Numbered from the stretch's first letter, positions 22,885 to 33,375 are shown. The stretch is DNA of 46,553 nt from an uncultured Planctomycetaceae bacterium (GCA_963976765.1 CAXBME010000030.1:62001-108553); one strand, 5' to 3'. The notes: a model not told the origin generated them from the sequence alone. Made by a program: numbers and translations.

Positions 22885-23958
22885 CTACGACTTCAGAATT
22901 TCCAGAACCTTGTCGGCCATTTCGGTCGTGCTGAGCGACGCTCCGCCACGAGCGATGTCCTTTGTTCGGAAACCGGCATCGAGAACTGAATCAACAGCCT
23001 TCTCGATCAACGTGGCTTCTTCTTCCAGGCCGAGCGAGTGTCGCAGCATCATCGCCGAGGCAAGAATTGTCGCCAGTGGATTCGCCAAACCTTTTCCGGC
23101 GATATCCGGAGCCGATCCGTGAATCGGTTCGTAAACTCCAGGACCGGACTCACCGATCGACGCCGAAGGCAACATGCCCAGCGAACCGGTCAGCATCGAC
23201 CCTTCGTCAGTCAGAATGTCGCCGAACATGTTTCCCGTCACGACAACATCGAAATCGCGAGGCCGCGAAATCAGGTGCATCGCCATCGAGTCGACCAGCA
23301 CGACGTCGTAATTAAGGTCTGGAAACTCCTGCGTGACGACATTCTGAGCCGCCTTTCGCCACAGTCTTGAAACTTCCAGCACGTTGGCCTTGTCGACCGA
23401 CGTCAGATGGTTGCTGCGGTTTTTCGCGGCAGCGGCGGCCAGACGAACAATGCGTTCTACTTCGCCGGTCGAGTAAACCATCTCGCTGGAGGCAATCTCA
23501 CCACTTTCGTGCGGACCTCGGCTGGAACCACCGAAGTAGATCCCGCCGGTCAGCTCACGGAAAAAGAGGATATCGACGCCTTCAACGATCTCTGGCCGAA
23601 GCGGCGATGACTCCAGCAAAGCCTTGTAAGTCCGGATCGGACGCAGATTCGCAAACAGCTTTAGTTCTTTACGAAGTTTCAGCAGCCCGGCTTCGGGCCG
23701 AGTCTTCGCGTTGGGGTCGTCCCACTTCGGACCGCCGACCGCGCCGAGCAGAATCGCATTCGAATCTTTGCACGCGTCGAGCGTTGCTTCAGGCAGCGGA
23801 TCGCCGAACTCATCGATCGCGTTGCCCCCCATCGGATGGCTCGACGTTTCAAACGAATGGCCAGCGGTTTCAGCCACCTGATTCAGCACGCGCTCAGCCT
23901 GAGCGACAACTTCGGGACCAATTCCATCCCCCGGCAACAAAACAATCTTCGCGTCCAC
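22885..23958 (-). CDS. leuB: 3-isopropylmalate dehydrogenase
   Basis: LPGDGIGPEV, GAVGGPKWD, RELTGGIYFG, VDKANVL, NMFGDILTD and EPIHGSAPDIAG motifs. GTG 23958 follows AGGA. Confidence 0.97.
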   Translation of the reverse strand: MDAKIVLLPGDGIGPEVVAQAERVLNQVAETAGHSFETSSHPMGGNAIDEFGDPLPEATLDACKDSNAILLGAVGGPKWDDPNAKTRPEAGLLKLRKELKLFANLRPIRTYKALLESSPLRPEIVEGVDILFFRELTGGIYFGGSSRGPHESGEIASSEMVYSTGEVERIVRLAAAAAKNRSNHLTSVDKANVLEVSRLWRKAAQNVVTQEFPDLNYDVVLVDSMAMHLISRPRDFDVVVTGNMFGDILTDEGSMLTGSLGMLPSASIGESGPGVYEPIHGSAPDIAGKGLANPLATILASAMMLRHSLGLEEEATLIEKAVDSVLDAGFRTKDIARGGASLSTTEMADKVLEILKS

Positions 23959-24254
23959 AGTTAAAATCCTTCGGCATTCGGCTCTGTCAAACGCCGAATT
24001 CGGGTCCACGCGGGGCGTGTTTTCGCTGGCGAGCTTCGAGTCAGCAGCCGCAAGGCAGCAACCACTCGATGGCTGGACAAAGTCTGGTCAGAATAAGCAA
24101 AGTTTTCACAGGAAATCGGCACTGGCAGAACGAGTTCCTGGCAGGCGATCCACTATAGAGATCGCCGAAAATGTCTCAACCGACCGGAAGCTCGCAAAAA
24201 TGCCGAGCATCATCATCCGATGTCACGGTCGATCGGAAGCCGTCCTCAATTCCG

Positions 24255-27215
24255 TTATTTCGCGATCAAGGACGGCGTTTGAAGTGCCGACGTTTGAACC
24301 GGATTCAACTCGGCATTCGGCAACGCCACACTCATCGGATCGTGCAGTGGGAAGGTTTTCTGCAGGAACTCCCAGTCGGCAATCGTGTCCGGCGACAGTT
24401 TAGCTCTCTTCAGATTTTCGTTCAGAAATCGTTGAGCATCGGCCACCCGGCCAGCCATGCACAACGCGTAGGCGTTACAGATCATGGCCTTCTGGAAAAC
24501 ATTGGAGTCTGTCGTGATTCCGGCGAGGAACTTTGAATAGTTTCTGCTGGCTTCCGAGTAGTTGCGGTTCGCCAGCTCTCGAATCCCAAGACGAATCAGC
24601 ACGTCGAGATTGTCAGGCTTTTTCGGAGCCACCCGGTCAACGATCTGTTGATCACGATAGCCTGACCCAAGAGTCCACAACACGGGCGTCCGCAGTTGCG
24701 ACTTCGTCAACACAGGATGAATTTCCTGCACAACGCCGCGCCGCCTGGGATTGAGCTTGTTTCTGGGATAAGCCCATGTGTCATGAATCAGGTCGCGGTG
24801 CTCAAAGAACGGTTCGCTTTGTTTGATATATAGATCCGGGATAAGCCGTGCCATGTGCTGACTTTGCTTCAGCCGTTCCAGTGAGCCTTTGTGTTCGACG
24901 AATTTCGGGTAGACCGAGTCGAAGCCCATGACGCGAAGTTCTGGTGACAGACGGTGCGGAAAATTGTCGACGAGAGGCAACGAGTCTCGCGTCAGCACAC
25001 GCAAATCCTGCTCATCCGCAATGAAGTACGAAACAAGCTGCTCCGGAGTCTCGAATCCGCAGGCGGCCAGAATGGGTGCCACGCGCTCATCGTCCCACTG
25101 AGCCCGGAACCGCTCGGCAGTGACCGGCGTGTGGCCGTCCTTGACTCCCAGCATCATCCAGTTGTCTCCAGAACCAATCCACATCGAGCTGTCGTCAAAG
25201 ACGTCGCAAAACGCTCGGATGATGCTTTTCGAATCGCTCCAGCTCAGCGAATGTTGCGGAAGCCAGTACGTAGTCATTCCTCCTGCCGCGAGTCGATCGT
25301 GAATCAACTGAAAATACTCACGCGTGTAAAGGTTGACGATGTTTGCGTTCTTGGGCGGCGGCGGCTCGCTGGTGATCAGGTCGTACGACTGCTCGGTCGT
25401 CTGTAGATGATACCGACCGTCCTCGATGATCACGTTCACTCGGGGATCGTTCAGCGGATTCGTCTTTGGATCCGGATACACAACCGAGTTCAGCTCAAGA
25501 ATGTCCTTCGAGATATCCACGAAGTCGATGACTTCAAACTCAGCAGTGTCCGTAAGCGCCTTGGCCGTCACACCGCAGCCGTAACTGATCAGCAGCGACT
25601 TACGTGGAGCCGGGTGCAATGCCACAGGCAGATACACATACATCTTCATATACTGCCAGGCAAACGGCGCCGTCGCCGACATCGAATGCCCGTCGGTAAT
25701 CAGTCGCTGAAAATACGGGTACCCCATCCGTTCAGCCTGCGTGTAGATCAACGTTCCCGTGACGGTCTCTCGAACGGCAACCACCTTCGGTGTGCTCTCA
25801 CGATACTTCCGGGCCACCTTCCTGAAGAGCGCCTGATCGACAACACCTCGCGGCGCCAGGAAAATCGCCGTTACCAGCAGTGTCAGAAGGACAGCCAGCG
25901 ATTGTCCGGCCAGCCTGCTGAACTGATCGAAGTCAGGAATCGACACGATCGCCACCAGCAGATACACGCCCGCCAGCGCAAAGAACGAACCATCGAGGCC
26001 CGAGTTCGGAAGCAGGAGAAACCCGCCGCAGATTGCTCCCAGCATCGCTCCGCCGGTGTTGCAGAGCGTGAGGTAGCCGGCTGCTTTCGTATCAGAACCG
26101 GTTTGCTCATGAAGCGCGTTCCCGATCAAGGTAAACAACATCCCTGAGAGCACAGACACTGGCAGCATCACAGGAATCGCTCGAAACATCGTGACCCAGC
26201 CTGCGGCGTCGGGCTCAGCAGAACTCAGGATGAGAAACAGAGCCGGCATCATGTAGGTCGCAAGCGTCAGGATGCCACTGCACGATGCGATGATCGGCAC
26301 CGCCGTCGACGCCTTGCGCGATCGGGAAAGCCTTGACCCAAGAACTCCTCCGACCGCGATGCCCGTCAGAACAACCGAAAGCATCACGGCGAAAATCCGG
26401 CTCGTGGCGTCACTGAAGAGAAGCATCAACCGGAACCAGACAACTTCCAGCGCCAGTAAAGTTCCACCAGCAAGAAACGCTGCAAACAGCAGGCGTCGAC
26501 TGAGTCCGGTCAACGGCTTGCCAGGTATCGGCTCCGAAACAGACAAATCGACATTCAATTTTACGCCCGAGTCGCACAGCATCGCGACCAGTCCCGCCAG
26601 GAGACTGCAGGCGGCGGCCGCGATCCCCGTCCCGCGGATCCCCAAAGCCTCGATCAGGAACAGTTCGGCGAACAGCGTTCCGGCGACAGCTCCCAGCGTA
26701 TTGCACGCGTAAAGGCGACCGAGGCGTTCACCGAAACTTGAATCCTGCGAACCAAGACCTTTCACCATCATCGGCAGCGTTGCTCCCATCGCAGCGGTTG
26801 GCAGAAGCAGCACCGAAAAGCCAATCCCCAACCGCGTCAAATTCAACAACCACGCTTCAGTCGACGCCGCTTTTAGAACTGGCAACAGCAACGTGTTGAA
26901 ATGCGGAAACAGCAGCACGATCGAAAGCCCCGACGTCGCGATCAGGACTTCCAGCAAGCCGTAGGCTCGGATGGGACGCCGAACCAGTTCGCCCTTCCGA
27001 CCGGCAAACCAGTTGCCGCAGGCCAGGCCGGCCATGAACGCCGCGAGCACCATGCTGCTTGCCCATACGCTGTTCCCAAGCACAAGCCCTGCCTGCCGAA
27101 ACCAAAGCGTTTCAAACGTCAGCGCGGAAGCCCCCGAACAGAAAAAGATCAGGTACAGGAGATAAATTCGGCGGCCCATTCTCGACAGCTCCGAAAGGCA
27201 GACAGAGTTCATCAT
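24255..27215 (-). CDS. Fused multi-TM / spermidine synthase-like protein with C-terminal TPR-like region
   Basis: N-terminal membrane domain (SGASAL.FE.LW; Y..NTLGA). SAM-fold region ISYGCGVT, EDGR and YDLITSEPPPP. Confidence 0.85.
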   Translation of the reverse strand: MMNSVCLSELSRMGRRIYLLYLIFFCSGASALTFETLWFRQAGLVLGNSVWASSMVLAAFMAGLACGNWFAGRKGELVRRPIRAYGLLEVLIATSGLSIVLLFPHFNTLLLPVLKAASTEAWLLNLTRLGIGFSVLLLPTAAMGATLPMMVKGLGSQDSSFGERLGRLYACNTLGAVAGTLFAELFLIEALGIRGTGIAAAACSLLAGLVAMLCDSGVKLNVDLSVSEPIPGKPLTGLSRRLLFAAFLAGGTLLALEVVWFRLMLLFSDATSRIFAVMLSVVLTGIAVGGVLGSRLSRSRKASTAVPIIASCSGILTLATYMMPALFLILSSAEPDAAGWVTMFRAIPVMLPVSVLSGMLFTLIGNALHEQTGSDTKAAGYLTLCNTGGAMLGAICGGFLLLPNSGLDGSFFALAGVYLLVAIVSIPDFDQFSRLAGQSLAVLLTLLVTAIFLAPRGVVDQALFRKVARKYRESTPKVVAVRETVTGTLIYTQAERMGYPYFQRLITDGHSMSATAPFAWQYMKMYVYLPVALHPAPRKSLLISYGCGVTAKALTDTAEFEVIDFVDISKDILELNSVVYPDPKTNPLNDPRVNVIIEDGRYHLQTTEQSYDLITSEPPPPKNANIVNLYTREYFQLIHDRLAAGGMTTYWLPQHSLSWSDSKSIIRAFCDVFDDSSMWIGSGDNWMMLGVKDGHTPVTAERFRAQWDDERVAPILAACGFETPEQLVSYFIADEQDLRVLTRDSLPLVDNFPHRLSPELRVMGFDSVYPKFVEHKGSLERLKQSQHMARLIPDLYIKQSEPFFEHRDLIHDTWAYPRNKLNPRRRGVVQEIHPVLTKSQLRTPVLWTLGSGYRDQQIVDRVAPKKPDNLDVLIRLGIRELANRNYSEASRNYSKFLAGITTDSNVFQKAMICNAYALCMAGRVADAQRFLNENLKRAKLSPDTIADWEFLQKTFPLHDPMSVALPNAELNPVQTSALQTPSLIAK

Positions 27216-27620
27216 CTACGAACGTATTCGCATCGGAGCGATTGATCTGGCAGAGCAGCCACTCATTCCGGCTCGAAGATGTCTGTGTTTGAAGAAGGCG
27301 ACATTCAGACTTAATCGCCAGAGCGATTCTAAAAAGGCTGCGCAGCGATCCCCCAGCACCTTCACATGGCCTGACCGTTAATCCAACCGGTTCGTTTGAT
27401 CCAGGCGGCATCGCACGACTCCTCGAACTTTCCATGCGGATCGGCAGATCGAACTACGCGTCCCTGCATAATTAAGGTCGCCGCATGCATAGGAACCGTT
27501 CCCCGAATTGCCTTCGCCAGGTCTCCCGAACCGATTCGTCACGCCATCCCGGACTCAAGGGTGAACTTCTCACAGGGATCAATGGCCACTGCCAGACTGT
27601 GAACGCTCAGTAGAGTCACC

Positions 27621-27638
27621 TGTCAATTCAGCTTTACA
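27621..27638. promoter_or_regulatory. Candidate enhancer (bEBP site) upstream of P1
   Basis: Imperfect palindrome TGTCAA-N6-TTTACA ending about 154 nt before the sigma-54 motif; related 18-mers precede the other four promoters. Confidence 0.4.
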
Positions 27639-27791
27639 TGACTTTGCGCAATCTCGTTACACAAAGCTGACGATGTCATCTCAGGGAATGGCAGCGTTCA
27701 AAACTCTCGGGCAGGCCGCTGCTTCATAACCTGTGCGAAAATCAGCTGTTACACGAAAGTCCGGTTATTCCGATTATCCTGATTGTACGAA

Positions 27792-27807
27792 TGGCACAGG
27801 TTCTGCT
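27792..27807 (+). promoter_or_regulatory. Sigma-54 (-24/-12) promoter P1
   Basis: TGGCACAGGTTCTGCT, with GG at 27793-4 and GC at 27805-6 (canonical spacing). Confidence 0.75.
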
Positions 27808-27817
27808 TTCTGTATCG

Positions 27818-28365
27818 ATTGTTCCGGTTTAACAAGTGACGACGGCATGACAGCCGTCCGGAACACACGCCTGGCAGACAAGGAACTGAGAGCCCGGAAG
27901 CGACCAGAGCCGACTTAGACAACCGGCTGATTGCTCCCACAAAGGACTCTGTTTCTCACTGTTCAGGCAAGACGTACAGCGAGTGTGGCGAGGGAGAGAG
28001 AGACCACGCTGTGTTTTCCGAGCGACCTGAGAGACCGCTCGGAATGGCAACCTTTCATCGGGAAGCCGCTGATTGCCTGGCTGTCCTGAGGCAGCAACAA
28101 CAGGTTCGATCCGGTAGTTTGAGTTCCGCCGAATCGAACTTCGTAAAGGTAACCGCAACTACCTTTACTGCTGCCTCAGACGGTCGGCGCAGTTTCCACA
28201 CAGCGTTACATCCGCTGACGAACCAGCAGGCACTGGTTCGTTCAAAGATGGCATCAGACGACCCCAGGTTCCTTAGGCAGAACCCGGTCGGCCGCAATGG
28301 TGGCTTTGTCGTTCTGATCTGGTGATCGACTTCTTCGTCGCTTTTTTCAGCAATCAGCGAACGAG
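27818..28365 (+). promoter_or_regulatory. Highly structured 5' leader / candidate cis-regulatory RNA of unit 1
   Basis: Stem 28067-28076/28350-28359 encloses stem 28086-28096/28169-28179 (itself enclosing two hairpins) and further hairpins. It ends just before the AAGGAG RBS. Confidence 0.5.
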
Positions 28366-28381
28366 AGAAGGAGACACCACA

Positions 28382-29167
28382 ATGGCCACATGCTTTCAAC
28401 GATTTCTGCGTGACGAGTCGGGACTTGTCATCACTGCCGAGCTGATCATGATCATCACGATCGCCGTCATCAGCCTCACAGCCGGCTGGGGAGCCGTCGC
28501 TTCCATGCTCGCCGAAGAACTGGAAGACGTTGCGAATTCCGTCGGTTCACTCGACCAGTCATTCAGCTACAACGGAATCTCTGCTCCGGGACATGCCACA
28601 TGCAGCGGTGGCGGATTTCGCGATTCCCGAAACTCAGTCAACGTATCGACGACGAGCAACTTTAACGCCTCAAGCAACTTCAACGCTTCAATCGCAGGCT
28701 TCTCGGTAACGCCCGTTATTCCACAATTCCAGGCATCCACCCTTGGCGTCGAGACAGTTGTTGAAGCCGAACAGTTTGTTCTTGTCGAGGAAGATTTCGG
28801 CATCGACGTTCAGATCGACGAAGTTTTGCTGCTTGAGTTGATCGAACTTGAAATCGTAAGAGTCTGTGACGATGGCTCCGTCGTTTTGCTGCGTGAGGAT
28901 CTGATCGAAATCCAGGAAGACGGCTCCGTTGTCATTCTGTACGACCTCATAAAGCAACAGGCTATGCGAGAAAAGCTTGAGCTTCAGCATAGTCAATCAC
29001 AGACAAACACCAGCCTGGATGACCTGACTGCCTGCCGAAAAGAGCTGGAAGCTCTGAAACGACAGTTGAAAACTCAGGCGACGAACTCATCTGACGAGCT
29101 TCGCCAGGAGAACGCTCGACTTCGTGAACTGATTGAAGGGCACGGCAGGAAACTGAGATCACGATAA
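28382..29167 (+). CDS. Extended Flp/type IV-like prepilin 1 (261 aa) with acidic repeat and coiled-coil tail
   Basis: MATCFQRFLRDESG-LVITAELIM.., hydrophobic helix, ELEDVANSVGSLDQSFSY, HATCSG. AAGGAG RBS. Confidence 0.8.
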   Translation: MATCFQRFLRDESGLVITAELIMIITIAVISLTAGWGAVASMLAEELEDVANSVGSLDQSFSYNGISAPGHATCSGGGFRDSRNSVNVSTTSNFNASSNFNASIAGFSVTPVIPQFQASTLGVETVVEAEQFVLVEEDFGIDVQIDEVLLLELIELEIVRVCDDGSVVLLREDLIEIQEDGSVVILYDLIKQQAMREKLELQHSQSQTNTSLDDLTACRKELEALKRQLKTQATNSSDELRQENARLRELIEGHGRKLRSR

Positions 29168-29311
29168 ATCAGTGGCAACGCCGACAATGCGAACAATGCC
29201 AATTAGTGGAACGCACCAGAAAACTGATGAATTCCAGAACAAGCAATTTACCGGACGAAGCATGACCACAGTTGCAAGCTGACAAACCTGTCCGGTCTAC
29301 ACTGACAACTG

Positions 29312-29366
29312 CGTCCAGACTGCCCTCAACACTCGCGTGTTGTTAAGCAGCCTGGACGTTTTGTAT
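29312..29366 (+). terminator. Possible intrinsic terminator of unit 1
   Basis: Interrupted stem CGTCCAG..TGC..AACAC / GTGTT..GCA..CTGGACG followed by TTTTGTATT. Confidence 0.4.
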
Positions 29367-29556
29367 TCACACAGCGCCAAAATTTCCGCGCAATTATCAC
29401 GACCGAGATAATCCGCCAAACCGGTATACACGGCATTCTATTTACATTCCAATTTCCCATTACAACCTGTAAACCATTCCACCTCATTCAGTTATGCCAG
29501 ATGTCCTGATTAGCATGGTTATGATTTCAGGTTGAATTAATCCACTTTTCGGCATC

Positions 29557-29572
29557 AGGCACGCGAGCTGCT
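29557..29572 (+). promoter_or_regulatory. Sigma-54 promoter P2
   Basis: AGGCACGCGAGCTGCT, with GG at 29558-9 and GC at 29570-1. Confidence 0.75.
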
Positions 29573-30030
29573 TTTTGAAGGTTCCATAACTTTGACATGA
29601 ATGAGACGCAGCATTGTCATTCACCATGTCATTGAGTTCCCGCCGGAACTGTTCACTCAGGACAAGTCCTTCCGGCGGTGTGAAACGCGTCTAGTTCGCA
29701 ACAACGGACGCGTCCTTGAGAGAGGCATGGTGGGGCTTTCCAGTTGTTCAACCATGCTTTGAAAATTTCGGCAGTTGTTAACGAACGTCGCCTTACAGCG
29801 ACTCGAAGCTAACAGTCGCCTCATGAGACACATCAGGCCTGACGAGATGCTCTGCCTGTCAGCAGAGTGTCAACGCTCGTGGAACGCAGTTCCGCGAGTC
29901 GCCTTACAGACCGGCCAGTCTGCAAAGCAAATCAAGACCGACAGATGGGTACAGCTCGTTGCGGGCTGAACCAACTTTCTCTCTCTATTTCTCTCAAAAC
30001 GCTCTTCAAAACAATCAAAGGAACTCTCAA

Positions 30031-30375
30031 ATGTTGAACAAATTCATCAATGACGAAGCTGGCTTCCTGATCTCAGCCGAACTCGTGCTGATCTTCACAC
30101 TCGTCTTCTGTGGTGTCGCCGTCGGTGTTGCCATGGTCAAAGACGCACTGGTCACCGAACTCAGCGACGTTGCTGAATCGATCGGTGCTCTCAATCAGTC
30201 TTACAACTTCCGCGGTGTCACCGCTAACAACAGCACCGGTTCAACCAACCATGCCGTGTGTGCCGGGTCGGGATACGTTGACGAAGCCGATGACTGCGAT
30301 TGTCAGGGCGTCAGCTTCCAGGTCGTCGCGGGCAAAAACGACCCAAGCACATTCAACGTTGCCGAAGGACTGTAA
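30031..30375 (+). CDS. Flp/type IV-like prepilin 2 (114 aa)
   Basis: MLNKFINDEAG-FLISAELVL, TM helix, LNQSY, DDCDC, GKNDPS. AAGGA RBS. Confidence 0.88.
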   Translation: MLNKFINDEAGFLISAELVLIFTLVFCGVAVGVAMVKDALVTELSDVAESIGALNQSYNFRGVTANNSTGSTNHAVCAGSGYVDEADDCDCQGVSFQVVAGKNDPSTFNVAEGL

Positions 30376-30439
30376 GCAGCAATTGGTGCTCAACATCAGA
30401 TCAGAAAAACCGAAACTGTTTATCTGATCTAACAATCAC

Positions 30440-30474
30440 TCCTCTGCCCGAACCATTTCGGGCAGAGGATTTTT
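30440..30474 (+). terminator. Intrinsic terminator of unit 2
   Basis: 13-bp stem TCCTCTGCCCGAA/TTCGGGCAGAGGA, 4-nt loop, then TTTTT. Confidence 0.85.
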
Positions 30475-30978
30475 CGACCTTTACGGCATCCTCAACGACA
30501 AAACCGCCGAACGCGAGGTCACTGTTTGACGTAGGAAACCGTGAACCAGCGTCCGTCGACTCATTTTTGGCTCAACCCGGATTGGCGCTTCCCACAGAAT
30601 TTCCAGCCTTTCCGACCATACTGATCGCTCCTCGAGGTTCGACAATAGTTGAACAGGCCCCCCAGGATCATCTACCAGCACGGTGACCATATGACATTGC
30701 GTAAGTTGAGTTCGTCCGGCATCAGGCTCTGATCCTGACTTCCGCGGTCGATACTCTCGCACGCTGCAAAGCGCATAAGATGTCAAACACTGTCAATTGT
30801 CATACCGTCACATCTGGTTGACATCGCGCGTTCGCGCCATTTCGCGGCTGCCGCTACAGTCGGCGGCCCTGGCATCAAACTGCCATTGCACAAGCACATT
30901 CTCTGCAACGAGTTACAGCCTGCGATTCCGATTGCGCCACCTGCGCAGATCGAATCGGAACTGCCCACGTTCGCGGTG

Positions 30979-30994
30979 TGGCACGATCGCTGCG
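30979..30994 (+). promoter_or_regulatory. Sigma-54 promoter P3
   Basis: TGGCACGATCGCTGCG, with GG at 30980-1 and GC at 30992-3. Confidence 0.75.
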
Positions 30995-31548
30995 GATTGC
31001 CGTCAACAACGAGTTTGCAATCTGAGCAAACGTGACACACTCGAAGCTTTGTGCCACACCGCTTGAATTGGGATTCGCTTCTCGACTGGCCTGATACTCC
31101 TGAGGCAGCGAAGGCAGCGACTCTCCCGATCGCAACTCTCGTGCATTCCACTTTGCATAGTTCAGTCATTCTGGACTGACATCAATACACGATTGAGAGT
31201 CTTCCAAGGGTGCGGTGAGAGGCCCCTTGGGAGCAGAAGCTGCGCTACTGTGTGTGACACAGTGCGTGTGTGTGAGAGAGCCGGGGACAGGTCAGCCACT
31301 TGTCCCCGGCTTCTAAAAACAATCAGGTGGCTTCGAGCTGCCTTCCAATACACCAAAACGTTTTGGCGACAGATTGCTGGCCAGCAATCTGTCAACTGAC
31401 CGGTCAGTCTCATCGTTGCGGATGAGTCCGGGCAGCAACTTCTGACACGAGCCGGCCAGCTCACGTCAGAGCGGCACTTCGTGATGGCTTCGTTGCGGAA
31501 GCCACACGCAAATCAATGTCTCTCAATTTTCTCAAGGAACTCAATCCA

Positions 31549-31893
31549 ATGCTGCGTAACCTCTTGAATGATGAAGCCGGTTTTCTGGTTTCTGCTGAAC
31601 TCGTTTTGATCTTCACCCTCGTTTTCTGTGCTGTTGCTGTCGGTGTCTCAACCGTCCGCGATTCGCTCGTTCAGGAACTGGGTGACGTTGCTGAAGCCGT
31701 TGGCGCTCTTAACCAGAGCTACAACTATCGCGGAATCTCTGCTGCTGCCGACGGTGGCGTGAACCACGCTTCATGCTCGGGCTCAGGCTTCAACGACGAG
31801 AACGATGACTGCGACTGCAAGGGCATCGCTTTCACAACTGTTTGTGGCAAGAACGATCCAAGCACAAGCAACAATCCTGAAGGCACGCTCTAA
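31549..31893 (+). CDS. Flp/type IV-like prepilin 3 (114 aa)
   Basis: MLRNLLNDEAG-FLVSAELVL...DDCDC...VCGKNDPS. AAGGA RBS. Confidence 0.88.
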   Translation: MLRNLLNDEAGFLVSAELVLIFTLVFCAVAVGVSTVRDSLVQELGDVAEAVGALNQSYNYRGISAAADGGVNHASCSGSGFNDENDDCDCKGIAFTTVCGKNDPSTSNNPEGTL

Positions 31894-32054
31894 GCAACAG
31901 GCTGTCTGCTGACAGCTTGTGATAAGCCACCCCCATCGGGATGTTGACCTCCCGGTGGGTTCTTCAAGCGTTCTTACTCGGGCTGCGACCACTTCTCTCT
32001 CCCGGTCGCCGCCTGTCTCTCTCAAAACGTTCTTCCGTACAGGAACTTAATACC

Positions 32055-32399
32055 ATGTTGCGAAATCTCTTAAACGATGAATCAGGTTTCCTGGTTTCAG
32101 CCGAACTCGTGCTGATCTTCACCCTTGTCTTCTGTGCTGTTGCCGTCGGTGTCACCACAGTCCGAGACTCACTCGTTACCGAACTGCACGACGTCTCCGA
32201 AGCTCTCGGTGCTCTGAACCAGTCTTACAACGTTCGAGGAATTACTGCCGCCAACACGACTGGCCACACCGAACACGGAACATGCAGTGGTTCTGGCTTT
32301 GCCGATGAAAATGACGATTGCGACTGCGCTGGTATCGAATTCAATGCCACAACGTCAAAAGCTGACCCAAGTACGCTCAACGTTGCAGAAGGCACGTAA
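32055..32399 (+). CDS. Flp/type IV-like prepilin 4 (114 aa)
   Basis: MLRNLLNDESG-FLVSAELVL...DDCDC...KADPS. AGGA RBS. Confidence 0.88.
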   Translation: MLRNLLNDESGFLVSAELVLIFTLVFCAVAVGVTTVRDSLVTELHDVSEALGALNQSYNVRGITAANTTGHTEHGTCSGSGFADENDDCDCAGIEFNATTSKADPSTLNVAEGT

Positions 32400-32553
32400 T
32401 CAGCTGACTTTCTGCTGAGCTAATCGCTCACGAGGTCCATCTGGTCGTCGTGCTGGATGGACCTCATCTTCTCTCTTTCTCGTACGTCGCAAATTCTTCT
32501 CTCTCACGAGCGACTATCTGACACACTCACTTAAACATCAGGAACTCAGTCCA

Positions 32554-32901
32554 ATGATGCGCAATCTTCTTCATGATGAATCAGGTTTTCTGGTTTCAGC
32601 CGAACTCGTGCTGATCTTCACCCTTGTCTTCTGTGCCGTTGCCGTCGGTGTCGCAACCGTCCGCGATTCGCTGGTCCAGGAACTGGGTGACGTCGCCGAG
32701 TCCATCGGTGCTCTGAACCAGAGCTACAACTACCGAGGAATCACTGCAGCCTCTGACGCCGTCAACGTGAATCACGCTTCGTGCTCGGGCTCAGGATTCA
32801 ACGATGAGAACGATGACTGCGACTGCAAAGGCATCGCGTTCACGACTGTCTGCGGCAAAAACGATCCGAGCACCAGCAACAATCCTGAAGGTACGCTCTA
32901 A
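32554..32901 (+). CDS. Flp/type IV-like prepilin 5 (115 aa)
   Basis: MMRNLLHDESG-FLVSAEL. C-terminal part (NHASC to the end) identical in protein to prepilin 3. Confidence 0.88.
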   Translation: MMRNLLHDESGFLVSAELVLIFTLVFCAVAVGVATVRDSLVQELGDVAESIGALNQSYNYRGITAASDAVNVNHASCSGSGFNDENDDCDCKGIAFTTVCGKNDPSTSNNPEGTL

Positions 32902-33027
32902 GCTGCTGAAGATTGTTTGCTGAAGATTTAAGACCCCTTCCACCGGGTCGGCTGAATTAAGGCCCGGTGGAAGTTTCTCTCTCTCACTCCACACGTTCCA
33001 CTGTCTTACATTCAAGGACACACAGTT

Positions 33028-33375
33028 ATGTTGCGCACGCTCTTCAATGACGAAAACGGTATCGTGATCTCTGCTGAACTGCTGGTGGTCTTCACCCTGA
33101 TCTTCTGTGCGAGCGTCGTCGGCTTCGCGGTTATCCGAGACTCGCTGGTTCAAGAGATGCACGACGTCTCCGAAGCAATCGGATCAGTCAGCCAGACTTA
33201 CAACATCACCGGCCTTCGCAAAGCTCGAAGCAACGGCAATTACCACGCTCGCTGCAGTGGCTTCGGATTCAACGACCATGCCGACGACTGCGACTGCCAG
33301 GGCATCACGTTCACCACAGTGAGTGGGAAGAACGACCCCAGCTTTACAAACCTGCCGGAAGGAACCAACGGCTAA
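33028..33375 (+). CDS. Flp/type IV-like prepilin 6 (115 aa)
   Basis: MLRTLFNDENG-IVISAELL...DDCDC...GKNDPS. AAGGA RBS. Confidence 0.88.
   Translation: MLRTLFNDENGIVISAELLVVFTLIFCASVVGFAVIRDSLVQEMHDVSEAIGSVSQTYNITGLRKARSNGNYHARCSGFGFNDHADDCDCQGITFTTVSGKNDPSFTNLPEGTNG

Noticed and set aside
27733..31464. Short ORFs in the promoter and leader regions (e.g. 28011-28325, 29775-29969, 30797-31066, 31193-31399)
   Set aside because: No clear RBS or recognisable motif, and they overlap promoters and dense hairpins.
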